Origin: Candidatus Aldehydirespiratoraceae bacterium
GTDB lineage: Bacteria; Actinomycetota; Acidimicrobiia; Acidimicrobiales; Aldehydirespiratoraceae
Reading direction: 5' to 3'
Length of the DNA: 64,000 bases
Assembly: GCA_965243715.1 (NCBI GenBank)
Contig: CBDEVU010000007.1
Location: 203,480-267,479 of the forward strand
Position 1 is the stretch's first letter. Each line of letters starts with the position of its first letter. The translations under genes and the position numbers were made by a program. This document shows positions 27,755 through 35,792 of the stretch, piece by piece. The notes under the pieces were generated by a model. It was not told where the DNA came from, did no database searches, and saw only the letters and a list, made by a program, of their open reading frames with translations.

Positions 27755-28818
27755 GTCGAAGCCACCGAGAGAGGGCAGCCGCAACTGCGCCGGACCTGCA
27801 GTGACGAAAAAACGATGCGATCTTGAGGGGCGACCACATCGCCGCGGTCTATCAAAGCGACGAGCATTTCCGCCGCGGCCCGCCCGATCTCCTTGGCGGC
27901 GACTCGAACGGTAGATAAAGGGGGTTGTTCGAATTGAGCGGCTTCAATATCGTCAAACCCCATCAAGAGTGCGTCCTTGCCTACCGTCACTTCGCGGGCC
28001 CGTAGCGCTGACGCGACCCCGAGGGCCACGACATCGTTGTAGGCGAACACCGCTGTTGGTTGGGCGGGCAACGTGTCCCAAAACGACCACGCTGTGTCGT
28101 AGGCGTCGGGGCGAGAGACGGCGGAGGACAAGGTAATTAGCTCCTCGGGATCACGACCCGCGGCTACCAGACCTGCCCGCAAACCCTTGCATCGTTCCAG
28201 GTACGGCGATCCGCTCGCCCATCCACCAATAAAGACGAAAGAGGCGGGCTGGTGTACTGAAGCCATATGGTAGGCGGCTTCGTAAGCGCCCTGAGTGTTG
28301 TCCGACCCGACATAACTGGCGGTGGCGGCGTCCACCCGTCGAGAGCACAAAACGATCGGTATCCCGGCCGCGGTCAAGCGGTCCAGAGCCGGGGCGGTCG
28401 AACCGTGGGCTGCGGTCACGATCACGCCATCAACTCCTGCCTCCATCAAGCGATTGAACAAGGCGTCTTGGGCAGCAATGTCCTCGGAGTGTTGCCCTAG
28501 AATTGCGGTTCTCCCTGTCACCGAAATTGTGGACTCGATGCCATCGACTACCTCGGCGAAGAACGGGTTTCTCACCGTGGTCACCACCACGCCAACCGAA
28601 CCCGTCCTTTGTGCTCGCAGACTCGATGCCGCTCGGTTGTAGACATAACCAAACTCTTCGAAGGCCTTGAGGACTTTGGCTCGTGTCTCATCGGCGACAA
28701 GGGGGCTACCGCGTAACACCAAACTGGCCGTTGATCTAGAAACTCCGACCGCGGCCGCGACATCAGCTAACCGAACCCGTTTACGGCTGGCCGTGTCCTC
28801 GGCCTGCGGATTTTTCAC
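27751..28818 (-). CDS. LacI-family transcriptional regulator
   Basis: HTH VRLADVAAAVGVSRSTASLVLRG followed by a periplasmic-binding-fold core. I prefer GTG 28818 (GAGG lies 7 nt upstream). The track start 28956 would place a promoter and the palindrome inside the ORF. Confidence 0.84.
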   Translation of the reverse strand: MKNPQAEDTASRKRVRLADVAAAVGVSRSTASLVLRGSPLVADETRAKVLKAFEEFGYVYNRAASSLRAQRTGSVGVVVTTVRNPFFAEVVDGIESTISVTGRTAILGQHSEDIAAQDALFNRLMEAGVDGVIVTAAHGSTAPALDRLTAAGIPIVLCSRRVDAATASYVGSDNTQGAYEAAYHMASVHQPASFVFIGGWASGSPYLERCKGLRAGLVAAGRDPEELITLSSAVSRPDAYDTAWSFWDTLPAQPTAVFAYNDVVALGVASALRAREVTVGKDALLMGFDDIEAAQFEQPPLSTVRVAAKEIGRAAAEMLVALIDRGDVVAPQDRIVFSSLQVRRSCGCPLSVAST

Positions 28819-28836
28819 TACTCGACCTCGCCTTCT

Positions 28837-28850
28837 TTGGATCGATCCAA
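28837..28850. promoter_or_regulatory. perfect 14-bp palindrome TTGGATCGATCCAA (putative LacI operator, autoregulatory)
   Basis: Read directly. It abuts the -10 of the promoter below and lies 19 nt upstream of GTG 28818. Confidence 0.6.
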
Positions 28851-28878
28851 GGTTAGGAGCCATGGTGTGGGATGTCAA
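28850..28878 (-). promoter_or_regulatory. putative promoter of the lacI/CoA-transferase unit
   Basis: On the minus strand: TTGACA (28878-28873), a 17-nt spacer, then TAACCT (28855-28850). Confidence 0.5.
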
Positions 28879-28942
28879 GGATCTCCGTCGGGGTAAAACT
28901 GTGCGAGCCGGAACTCTGAGAGTCTTTACTCTCAACATTTCG

Positions 28943-30043
28943 TTAGCGGGTAACACGGGCTCCCCTTGCCTCGACCGCGGCGAGCACCTCGGCGGCGGTC
29001 ATCATCGACGTGTCGCCAGGGGTTGTCATCACCAACGCGCCGTGAGCCGCTCCGATCTCCACCGCCTCCGCCGGGGTGCGCCCTTCGATCAAACTCCATA
29101 TCGTGCCCGACGCAAAACCGTCGCCGCCACCCACGCGGTCAAACACCTCGAGACCGTCACGAGTGCGGGCCTCGTAGAACTCTCCGCCTGCGCAGAGCAC
29201 AGCGCTCCAGTCGTTAGTAGTGGCCGTTGACGCCGTCCTCAGGCTCGTACCGACAACGACAAGGTTGGGAAAGGCAGCAATAACGTCGTTTATCATTGCC
29301 TTGAAAGCAGAAGTGTCGATCTCGGAGATGTCGTCATCGAGTTCTTCGACTCGAAAACCAAGCGCCGCGGTGAAATCCTCCTCGTTGCCAAACATTACGT
29401 CCACCAACGAAGCGAGTCGCCGGTTCACCGCAACCGCCTTAGATTGGCCGCCACGAGAGGCCCACAGCGACGGGCGATAGTTCAAGTCGTAGGAGACGAT
29501 TGTCCCCGCCGCTCGGGCTGCCTGAATTGCTTCGAGCGCCACGTCGGCCGTAGTTTCCGACAAAGCGGCGAAAATGCCCCCCGTATGCATCCACCGGACC
29601 CCCTCCACTTCGAAAATCTGCTGCCAGTCGATGTCCCCCACCCGCAACTGCGATACCGCTGTGTTGCTGCGGTCGCTCACCCCTAGGGCGGGCCGGAGCC
29701 CATACCCCTTCTCGGTAAAGTTCAGCCCGACCCGACCCGCCTGGCCCGTACCGTCATGGGGAATCCACCGGACGTGGCGTAGGTCAACGCCGCCCGCCAT
29801 TATGAGGTCCTCAAGGAGACGGCCTACCTCGTGATCGACGAGACTCGTCACGATGGCGGTGCGAAGACCAAACACCTTCCGTAGGGCTCGGGCGACATTG
29901 TATTCGCCGCCACCTTCACTCACACGAAACGTCCTCGTAGTCCGCACTCGACCCCATTCCGGGTCAAGCCGCAGCATTACTTCGCCCAAGCTGAGACAAT
30001 CCCACCTACAGTCTTGGCGGCTCAAGATATTGAGCCCGCTCAC
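28943..30043 (-). CDS. kdgK: PfkB-family sugar kinase (2-dehydro-3-deoxygluconokinase-like)
   Basis: 366 aa with CLSLGEVMLRLDP...GGGEYNVARAL and a C-terminal ...GGGDGFASG motif. Forms a GTGA overlap with the eda stop. Confidence 0.82.
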   Translation of the reverse strand: MSGLNILSRQDCRWDCLSLGEVMLRLDPEWGRVRTTRTFRVSEGGGEYNVARALRKVFGLRTAIVTSLVDHEVGRLLEDLIMAGGVDLRHVRWIPHDGTGQAGRVGLNFTEKGYGLRPALGVSDRSNTAVSQLRVGDIDWQQIFEVEGVRWMHTGGIFAALSETTADVALEAIQAARAAGTIVSYDLNYRPSLWASRGGQSKAVAVNRRLASLVDVMFGNEEDFTAALGFRVEELDDDISEIDTSAFKAMINDVIAAFPNLVVVGTSLRTASTATTNDWSAVLCAGGEFYEARTRDGLEVFDRVGGGDGFASGTIWSLIEGRTPAEAVEIGAAHGALVMTTPGDTSMMTAAEVLAAVEARGARVTR

Positions 30044-30717
30044 GCCGCGTCTCCGTTACGAGCGACCGATACCGACTGCACCGCCGCTGTCAAAGCATCG
30101 CCTACAGCCAGCCAATCACGCTTCGCTATGTGTGTGGGCGAAAAGAGTTTCGAGCCCATACCAACCGCGGGCGCGCCTGCCTGATACCACGCTGCCAGCG
30201 ATTCTACGGTGGGCTCCACTCCGCCGGTCGGGATCGCCTCCACCCACGGACAGGGCGCTCGAACGGCGGCGAGGAAGGCCGGGCCGCCCAACGCTTCCGC
30301 GGGAAATAGCTTCACCATGTGGCACCCGAGATCGTAGGCCGTCTGAATCTCGGTCAACGTTGCACATCCGGGAACGTACAGCACCCCCTGACGAGCACAC
30401 GCTCGGCTAACATCGACCCCAAGCGAGGGAGCAAACACGAAGCTCGCCCCCGCGCCGATTACCCGGGCCGCGGTGGGTGCGTCGGTTACCGTTCCTACTC
30501 CGATGGCCACCTCGGGAAGTTCGAGGCGACCCCACGAGAGAAGTTCCACGACAAGATCAAGCGCACCAGGGCCACGGTTGGTGAACTCCAGGCAGGACAG
30601 ACCACTTGACGCCACCAGGCGCGCTAGTTCTTTGGCTATCTCCAAGTCCCCCACGGAACAGACAGGGACCAAGCCGTCGCTTTTCATCCTCGCCACGACC
30701 TCATCCGCTCTCAACAT
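30040..30717 (-). CDS. eda: KDPG / KHG aldolase
   Basis: 225 aa in the Eda/DgoA family (...CLEFTNRGPGA...VGTV...VKLFPA...). AGGAG lies 5 nt upstream of ATG 30717. Confidence 0.86.
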   Translation of the reverse strand: MLRADEVVARMKSDGLVPVCSVGDLEIAKELARLVASSGLSCLEFTNRGPGALDLVVELLSWGRLELPEVAIGVGTVTDAPTAARVIGAGASFVFAPSLGVDVSRACARQGVLYVPGCATLTEIQTAYDLGCHMVKLFPAEALGGPAFLAAVRAPCPWVEAIPTGGVEPTVESLAAWYQAGAPAVGMGSKLFSPTHIAKRDWLAVGDALTAAVQSVSVARNGDAA

Positions 30718-30731
30718 TTACACTCCTGTTT

Positions 30732-30756
30732 TGGATCGATCTAATGGATCGATCTA
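30732..30756. promoter_or_regulatory. two back-to-back operator-like sites TGGATCGATCTA
   Basis: Located at 30732-30743 and 30745-30756, between the promoter below and the eda SD. Confidence 0.55.
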
Positions 30757-30785
30757 AAAGTACTCAAGATAGGCGGTGTCGTCAA
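30757..30785 (-). promoter_or_regulatory. putative promoter of eda-kdgK
   Basis: On the minus strand: TTGACG (30785-30780), a 17-nt spacer, then TACTTT (30762-30757). Confidence 0.5.
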
Positions 30786-31006
30786 GGGCAATACTGATAT
30801 TAGGACTGTCACACCGTACAAATACACTGCTGTCATGTTTAGCAAAACGCACCTCGCAGAGCATCGCCTCGTTTACACCGCGGCCATCGACGCCCTCGGC
30901 GACACCGGGGATGACGCAGTCGAGCAGACGTCGCCGGATGAAGCCGAGCAAGTTCGTAGCGTAAATCCAGATGGTGGATAGTTAATGATCGAATTAGAAA
31001 AAATGC

Positions 31007-31035
31007 TTGACGTTTTAGTTTCGTTCTGATACAAT
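31007..31035 (+). promoter_or_regulatory. near-consensus promoter giving a leaderless or near-leaderless HNH mRNA
   Basis: TTGACG (31007-31012), a 17-nt spacer, TACAAT (31030-35), then 6 nt to ATG 31042. No SD is present. Confidence 0.6.
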
Positions 31036-31041
31036 AAACGC

Positions 31042-32127
31042 ATGTTCCAGAAAGCGCACGACAACTTGGCTGAGATTGCTCTCCATGGAATGTCTCGACC
31101 GGAGTTGACCACAACCATTGGTGGGCTTGATCGAGTGATCGCTCACGCGCAAGAACGTCGCTTGGCCTGCTTGGCTGGGATCGACGCCTTGGGCGATTCT
31201 GGGGCTGATGCGGCTTCTGTGGGGCATTCGTTGTCGCGGCGCTCGAACCGGCAGTCCAAAGAAGACGCCAAGGTCGCTACACAACTTGCGCAGATGCCCG
31301 CGGTGGCCGAGAGCTTGGCCAGTGGGGCTATCACTTCTGAGCATGCCGCTGTGTGTGCTGAGGCGGCGGCTCGGGTATCGCCTAGCGAGGCCGAGGAGTT
31401 GCTGGCCTTGGCTGCGGATTTGCCTGCCGATCGGTTTGCTAAGAAGACACGCGAGTGGGTCAATATCAGGGAATCTCAGGGCACGGTTGAGAAGCGTCAC
31501 GCTCGGCAGCGTCGTTTGCGCGAGGTAACTGACTGGGTTGACGGCGAGGGGATGGTCAACATCTTGAGCCGCCTTGATCCGATCAATGGCGCACGGGCTC
31601 TAGCTGCCTTACGCGAGTTTGCTAACCAGAAGGGCCCCGACGACACTCGTACGGTGAAGCAGCGCCGCGCCGATGCGATGGTGGCGTTGCTCACTGGTGC
31701 TCGGGCGACCCGTACTGGCAAGCCGCATCCCAAGCACATGGTCCACCTGCTGCACTGTCTCGAGACGGGCTCCACCGAGCTAGCTGACGGCAGCCCCGTC
31801 CCCGACGACGTACTCATCGAACTCGGCCCCACCGCCGAAGTAGTCGGCCAGGTATTTAGCGGCGACGGCCGACCGTTGTGGTTGGGGCGCTCCACCCGCC
31901 TAGCTAGCCGCGATCAGTGGATTGCTCTTATCGCCCGCCATCGTGGCTGTAGCGAATGCGGCGCAACAACGGACCGCACCGAAGCCCACCATGCTAGGGA
32001 ATGGTCCCACGGCGGGCCAACCGACATCGACAACCTCGAACTACCCTGCTGGAACTGCCACGGCCGAAAACACCTTGGCCAACGCGGCGACCCCGCCCGC
32101 CACCGAAAACCAACCCCCGCCGCCTAG
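31042..32127 (+). CDS. DUF222 / HNH endonuclease (13E12-repeat-type selfish-element protein)
   Basis: 361 aa with the C-terminal HNH motif CSECG...EAHHAREWSHGGPTDIDNLELPCWNCHGRKH and a DUF222-like helical N-terminus. It is flanked by AT-rich DNA and repeats. Confidence 0.85.
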   Translation: MFQKAHDNLAEIALHGMSRPELTTTIGGLDRVIAHAQERRLACLAGIDALGDSGADAASVGHSLSRRSNRQSKEDAKVATQLAQMPAVAESLASGAITSEHAAVCAEAAARVSPSEAEELLALAADLPADRFAKKTREWVNIRESQGTVEKRHARQRRLREVTDWVDGEGMVNILSRLDPINGARALAALREFANQKGPDDTRTVKQRRADAMVALLTGARATRTGKPHPKHMVHLLHCLETGSTELADGSPVPDDVLIELGPTAEVVGQVFSGDGRPLWLGRSTRLASRDQWIALIARHRGCSECGATTDRTEAHHAREWSHGGPTDIDNLELPCWNCHGRKHLGQRGDPARHRKPTPAA

Positions 32128-32175
32128 GACCGTGCAGCCTAGGACCCGCCACCTAGGACCCTGCCACCTAGGACC
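32123..32175. repeat. four copies of CCTAGGACC at a 14-15 bp period
   Basis: Copies at 32123, 32138, 32152 and 32167. The first contains the HNH stop TAG. Confidence 0.85.
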
Positions 32176-32245
32176 GTGCCGCCAACCCGAACCGATGCGG
32201 TGCTGGGGTCGGCCAGTGGCCCACCGTCGCGACTAGCTTCTTGGT

Positions 32246-33472
32246 ATGGCTGCTGTCACCCCCAACGAAGAGGACCTGCCTCTTATCATCTCGGTCGACG
32301 ATCACGTGATGGAACCGCGCGACTTGTGGCAACAGCAACTCCCACCGAGTTTGCGGGCCCGGGGGCCACGAGTCGTGCAGGAAAAGGTGCGGTTGAAGTT
32401 CGAGGGCGGCCATTACGGCTTCGAGCGCAACGATCCTGACGGCCACCTCTGCGATCTCTGGCTCTACGACGACCTAGTAACCCCGACAGGGTTTCTCCAC
32501 GGGCCAGCGGGTGTGCCGCGTGAAAAGCAGCGCAACGTTGCTGCGACTTATGAAGATCTTCGACCGGGAACGTGGAACCAGGCCGATCGGTTGACCGATA
32601 TGGATCTCAACCATGTTGAGGCAGCCATCAACTATCCGAACATCTTTCCCCGCTTTTGCGGCCAGGGTTTCCTAGAGCGAGAAGACAAAGGCCTAGCCCT
32701 GCAGTGTCTTCAGATCTACAACGACTGGATCATCGACGATTGGGGTGGAGGCGCGGGCCGGGGTCGACTCATTCCATTAACCCTGCTGCCGTTGTGGGAC
32801 CCCGCGCTGGCCGCTCAGGAAGTCCGTCGCTGCGCGGCCAAGGGCAGTTATGCGATTGCCTTCTCCGAGAATCCATCCAAGTTGGGGTGCGCCACGATGT
32901 ACAGCGGTGAGTGGGATGTCCTTTGGCAGACATGCTCTGAGACCGACACTACAGTCTCGATGCACATCGGATCCTCTTCGTCGATGCCCACCACCTCCGC
33001 CGATGCCCCGCTGGCGACCTCAATGTCGCTGTACGCCCAAAACGCCGAAGGGTCGATGGTTGACTGGGTATTCTCCGGCACCCTCTCGCGGTTCCCGACG
33101 ATCAAAATTGCCTACGCCGAGAGCCAGGTCGGTTGGATGCCGTTCCAAGTGGAACGCATGGATAGCGTATTTCGCGAAGGCCGGGGTGGGGTCGGCGGTG
33201 CCGGTCCCTTGCCTAGCGAAATCGTGCGTGGCCGAGTCTATGGCTGCATTTTTGACGATCTAGTAGGACTCAAGCAGCGTGACGATGTTGGTATCGATCA
33301 GATTCTGTTCGAGACCGACTATCCGCATTCCGACGGAACCTTCCCCGACAGTCGCAAGGTGGCCCACTCACTGTTCGCCGCGGTCGCCATGAACGCCGAG
33401 GAATGTACCAAGGTGATGCGGGGCAACGCCATCCGCGCCTACGGCCTAGAACGGTTCGCCATTACGCAGTGA
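32246..33472 (+). CDS. amidohydrolase-2 family metal-dependent hydrolase/decarboxylase
   Basis: 408 aa with ISVDDHVMEP...FETDYPHSDGTFP, a TIM-barrel metal-ligand pattern. Confidence 0.83.
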   Translation: MAAVTPNEEDLPLIISVDDHVMEPRDLWQQQLPPSLRARGPRVVQEKVRLKFEGGHYGFERNDPDGHLCDLWLYDDLVTPTGFLHGPAGVPREKQRNVAATYEDLRPGTWNQADRLTDMDLNHVEAAINYPNIFPRFCGQGFLEREDKGLALQCLQIYNDWIIDDWGGGAGRGRLIPLTLLPLWDPALAAQEVRRCAAKGSYAIAFSENPSKLGCATMYSGEWDVLWQTCSETDTTVSMHIGSSSSMPTTSADAPLATSMSLYAQNAEGSMVDWVFSGTLSRFPTIKIAYAESQVGWMPFQVERMDSVFREGRGGVGGAGPLPSEIVRGRVYGCIFDDLVGLKQRDDVGIDQILFETDYPHSDGTFPDSRKVAHSLFAAVAMNAEECTKVMRGNAIRAYGLERFAITQ

Positions 33473-34778
33473 CAGGGCCGAGAACCCGGTCGAGGTAGTC
33501 GTTGGTGAAACGACTCTCGGGGTCGGCAAGTTTTCGAGCCGCGGCGAAACGGCTCCATTCGAGATAACGGGGTTCGAGTGATGCCGCTGTTTCGGAATGA
33601 AGTTTTCCCCAGTGAGGTCGACCGCCCGCAGCCCGAGTGATGTCCCCTAATCCGTTGAAGTAGCTCTCGTACGGCGTTTTCCAGTAAACGTGAGCGGCGA
33701 GGTAGCCGGTAGGGCGACCATAGGCAGTCGAGAGGGGAATATCGTCGCCAGCGGCGCAGCGAACCTCGATCGGAAAAGTCACCGGCGAATCGAGCGTGCG
33801 AGCAAAGTCACGGACTTCGTTGATGACATCGATAAGGGCATCGAGGGGTACAGCCCACTCGGTTTCGTAGAAGTGAACCCAGCGGGGGGTGGTGAAAACC
33901 CGGTAAGAAACATCTCGGTAGTCACGGGCTCCGGTGCTGGCCTCAACGATTCGAGCAATCGCTGGCGCAGTCCGCGGCGCTCGCCTAGCCACTCGATTCA
34001 CCAACCCAAAGGCCAGGTTCTCACCCCCGAGCTTGTCGAGGACGTATCTATGGCGCGGCAACGGTTCCGCTATGTCTTGGCTGCGGGTGTTGATCTTGAC
34101 CGCGGCCTTACGCCCGCTGGGCATGAAGTAGAACTCGGTGTGGTCGTGGGTGCCGATGAGTTCAGGCCACTGCTCGAGGACGGCTTCGAGGGGTTCAGTC
34201 TTTTCCGATGCGTGGAGGCGAAAAGCGGGCACGGTCTGCAAGGTGACGCGCGTCAGCAAACCAAGAGCGCCCAGGCCGACCCGAGCGCAGGCCCATAACT
34301 CGGCGTTGGTCGCCGGGTCGATATCGAGCGTTTCGCCGGTTCCGTCGATGATTCGCAGGCCGCGTACCTGCGTCGCCATCCCACCGTATCGGAGTCCCGT
34401 GCCGTGGGTTCCAGTGCTGATAGCCCCTGCGATGCTCTGCTTGTCGATATCGCCCATATTCTCGAGAGCCAAGCCGTGAGCGTCAAGCAGATGGTTAAGG
34501 GACCTGACGGTGATGCCCGCGCCGACCGTGACAAGGCCCGAGGCCGAGTCGATGGCGTGTAGTTGGTTCAGTCGTTCGATGGTGACGTGAACGTCGGTCG
34601 TCACGGCAATTCCGGTAAAGGAGTGACCGGCCCCCATGACTTTGACCCGTCGGCCGTCGACCGCCGCTTGGCGCACCAGCGCCGTCAACTCGTCTTCGGA
34701 TTGGGGCCGCGCAATAACCGCTGGACGGAACTGTTCCAGCTGACTCCAGTTGGCCACCGTCCCGCGTCGCATCACCAA
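33462..34778 (-). CDS. FAD-linked oxidase, D-arabinono-1,4-lactone / L-gulonolactone oxidase family
   Basis: 438 aa with an FAD_binding_4 N-terminus (GAGHSFTG) and the ALO C-terminal RPHWGKLH. Confidence 0.84.
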   Translation of the reverse strand: MVMRRGTVANWSQLEQFRPAVIARPQSEDELTALVRQAAVDGRRVKVMGAGHSFTGIAVTTDVHVTIERLNQLHAIDSASGLVTVGAGITVRSLNHLLDAHGLALENMGDIDKQSIAGAISTGTHGTGLRYGGMATQVRGLRIIDGTGETLDIDPATNAELWACARVGLGALGLLTRVTLQTVPAFRLHASEKTEPLEAVLEQWPELIGTHDHTEFYFMPSGRKAAVKINTRSQDIAEPLPRHRYVLDKLGGENLAFGLVNRVARRAPRTAPAIARIVEASTGARDYRDVSYRVFTTPRWVHFYETEWAVPLDALIDVINEVRDFARTLDSPVTFPIEVRCAAGDDIPLSTAYGRPTGYLAAHVYWKTPYESYFNGLGDITRAAGGRPHWGKLHSETAASLEPRYLEWSRFAAARKLADPESRFTNDYLDRVLGPVTA

Positions 34779-35767
34779 TGCCGCAAATCAATCGGCAAAA
34801 CGTCGATGACTTCTGGGCCGTCGACTAGCCACATCACTTCGTGGCGGGCCACCGTCGGATCGAGGTGGGCGGGGGCCATTCTGATGCGATCATTGAGAGT
34901 GATCGAGTCGGGGAAGTCGGCCACGACCGTGGTGTGTTCGTCGCTCACAATGAAGATCTCGCCGTTGGGCCAGTGGGGGTTCCCGTGGTCCATACCCAAG
35001 GCCTTCAACCCGCCGTTGACGACCTGCCAACCCTTGGGACTGGTGGAGATCACGGAACACTCGAGAAAGATCGCCTGAACGAAAGGCAGATCGAGGGTTG
35101 CGTATTGGGTGTCGCCCAGCAAGAACGTGCCCGCTTGAATCTCCGTGGCCCACGTGTTCGTGTCGTAGGTGCCGGTACCACCGGCGGAGATAATGTCGCC
35201 GCCCACGGCAGTAGCCGCCATCAGCAGATCAGCCATCGACTCCTCGACCCGACGGACCCGTTGGACGCGATCTTTAACCATCATCAGGTGACCCTCGTAA
35301 CCCATCACGCCCCGCACATGGAGGCCACGCGAACGAGCCTGATCCGCCAGACGTCCCGCCGCGGCCGGATCGCAACCCCCGCGGGGCAGACCAACCTCGA
35401 CGTCGATCAGCACCTCTTCTACGCCGGCGGTAGCGGCTCGTTGGATACCGAACTCAGAGTCAACAGCGAGCGTGACCCGAGCGTCGACCGCGGCCAGACG
35501 ATCTAGCAAGTCCGGATCAAGTACCTCATTGGCGAGGAGCAGATCGTCGCCGAGGCCCGCGTCGGCTAGGCCTTCGACTTCGCGCACCGTCGCACACGTG
35601 AAGCCACGGTGTCCGGCGCTAGCTAGGCGGCGGGCCAGCGCTGTACACTTGAAGGCCTTGACGTGGGGGCGCAGGCGCTCACCGGGAAGGGTTTCTCCGA
35701 TGGTTTGGATGTTGTGGTCAAGCGCGGCGCGCTCAACGACTAACGCCGGAGTCGGAATCGCCATCAA
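34772..35767 (-). CDS. alanine-racemase-fold PLP enzyme (D-serine dehydratase-like / D-threonine aldolase family)
   Basis: 331 aa with an N-terminal PHVKAFKC (PLP lysine context). Confidence 0.75.
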   Translation of the reverse strand: MMAIPTPALVVERAALDHNIQTIGETLPGERLRPHVKAFKCTALARRLASAGHRGFTCATVREVEGLADAGLGDDLLLANEVLDPDLLDRLAAVDARVTLAVDSEFGIQRAATAGVEEVLIDVEVGLPRGGCDPAAAGRLADQARSRGLHVRGVMGYEGHLMMVKDRVQRVRRVEESMADLLMAATAVGGDIISAGGTGTYDTNTWATEIQAGTFLLGDTQYATLDLPFVQAIFLECSVISTSPKGWQVVNGGLKALGMDHGNPHWPNGEIFIVSDEHTTVVADFPDSITLNDRIRMAPAHLDPTVARHEVMWLVDGPEVIDVLPIDLRHW

Positions 35768-35792
35768 GTCACCGTACTAGTAGCAGCGAAGC

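Noticed and set aside
30754-30951. 65-aa minus-strand ORF upstream of eda, and the overlapping plus-strand ORF 30776..30964
   Set aside because: Its 3' end runs through the predicted eda promoter (30757-30785) and into the operator sites. It has no SD and no recognisable motif, and the region is AT-rich. I treat it as non-coding flank of the HNH insertion, though a degraded gene fragment cannot be excluded.
24041-32175. Possibility that the tandem repeat arrays (24041-24104, 26038-26112, 32123-32175) are CRISPR arrays
   Set aside because: The repeats are only 15-16 bp long and directly abutting, with no unique spacers, and no cas genes are present.
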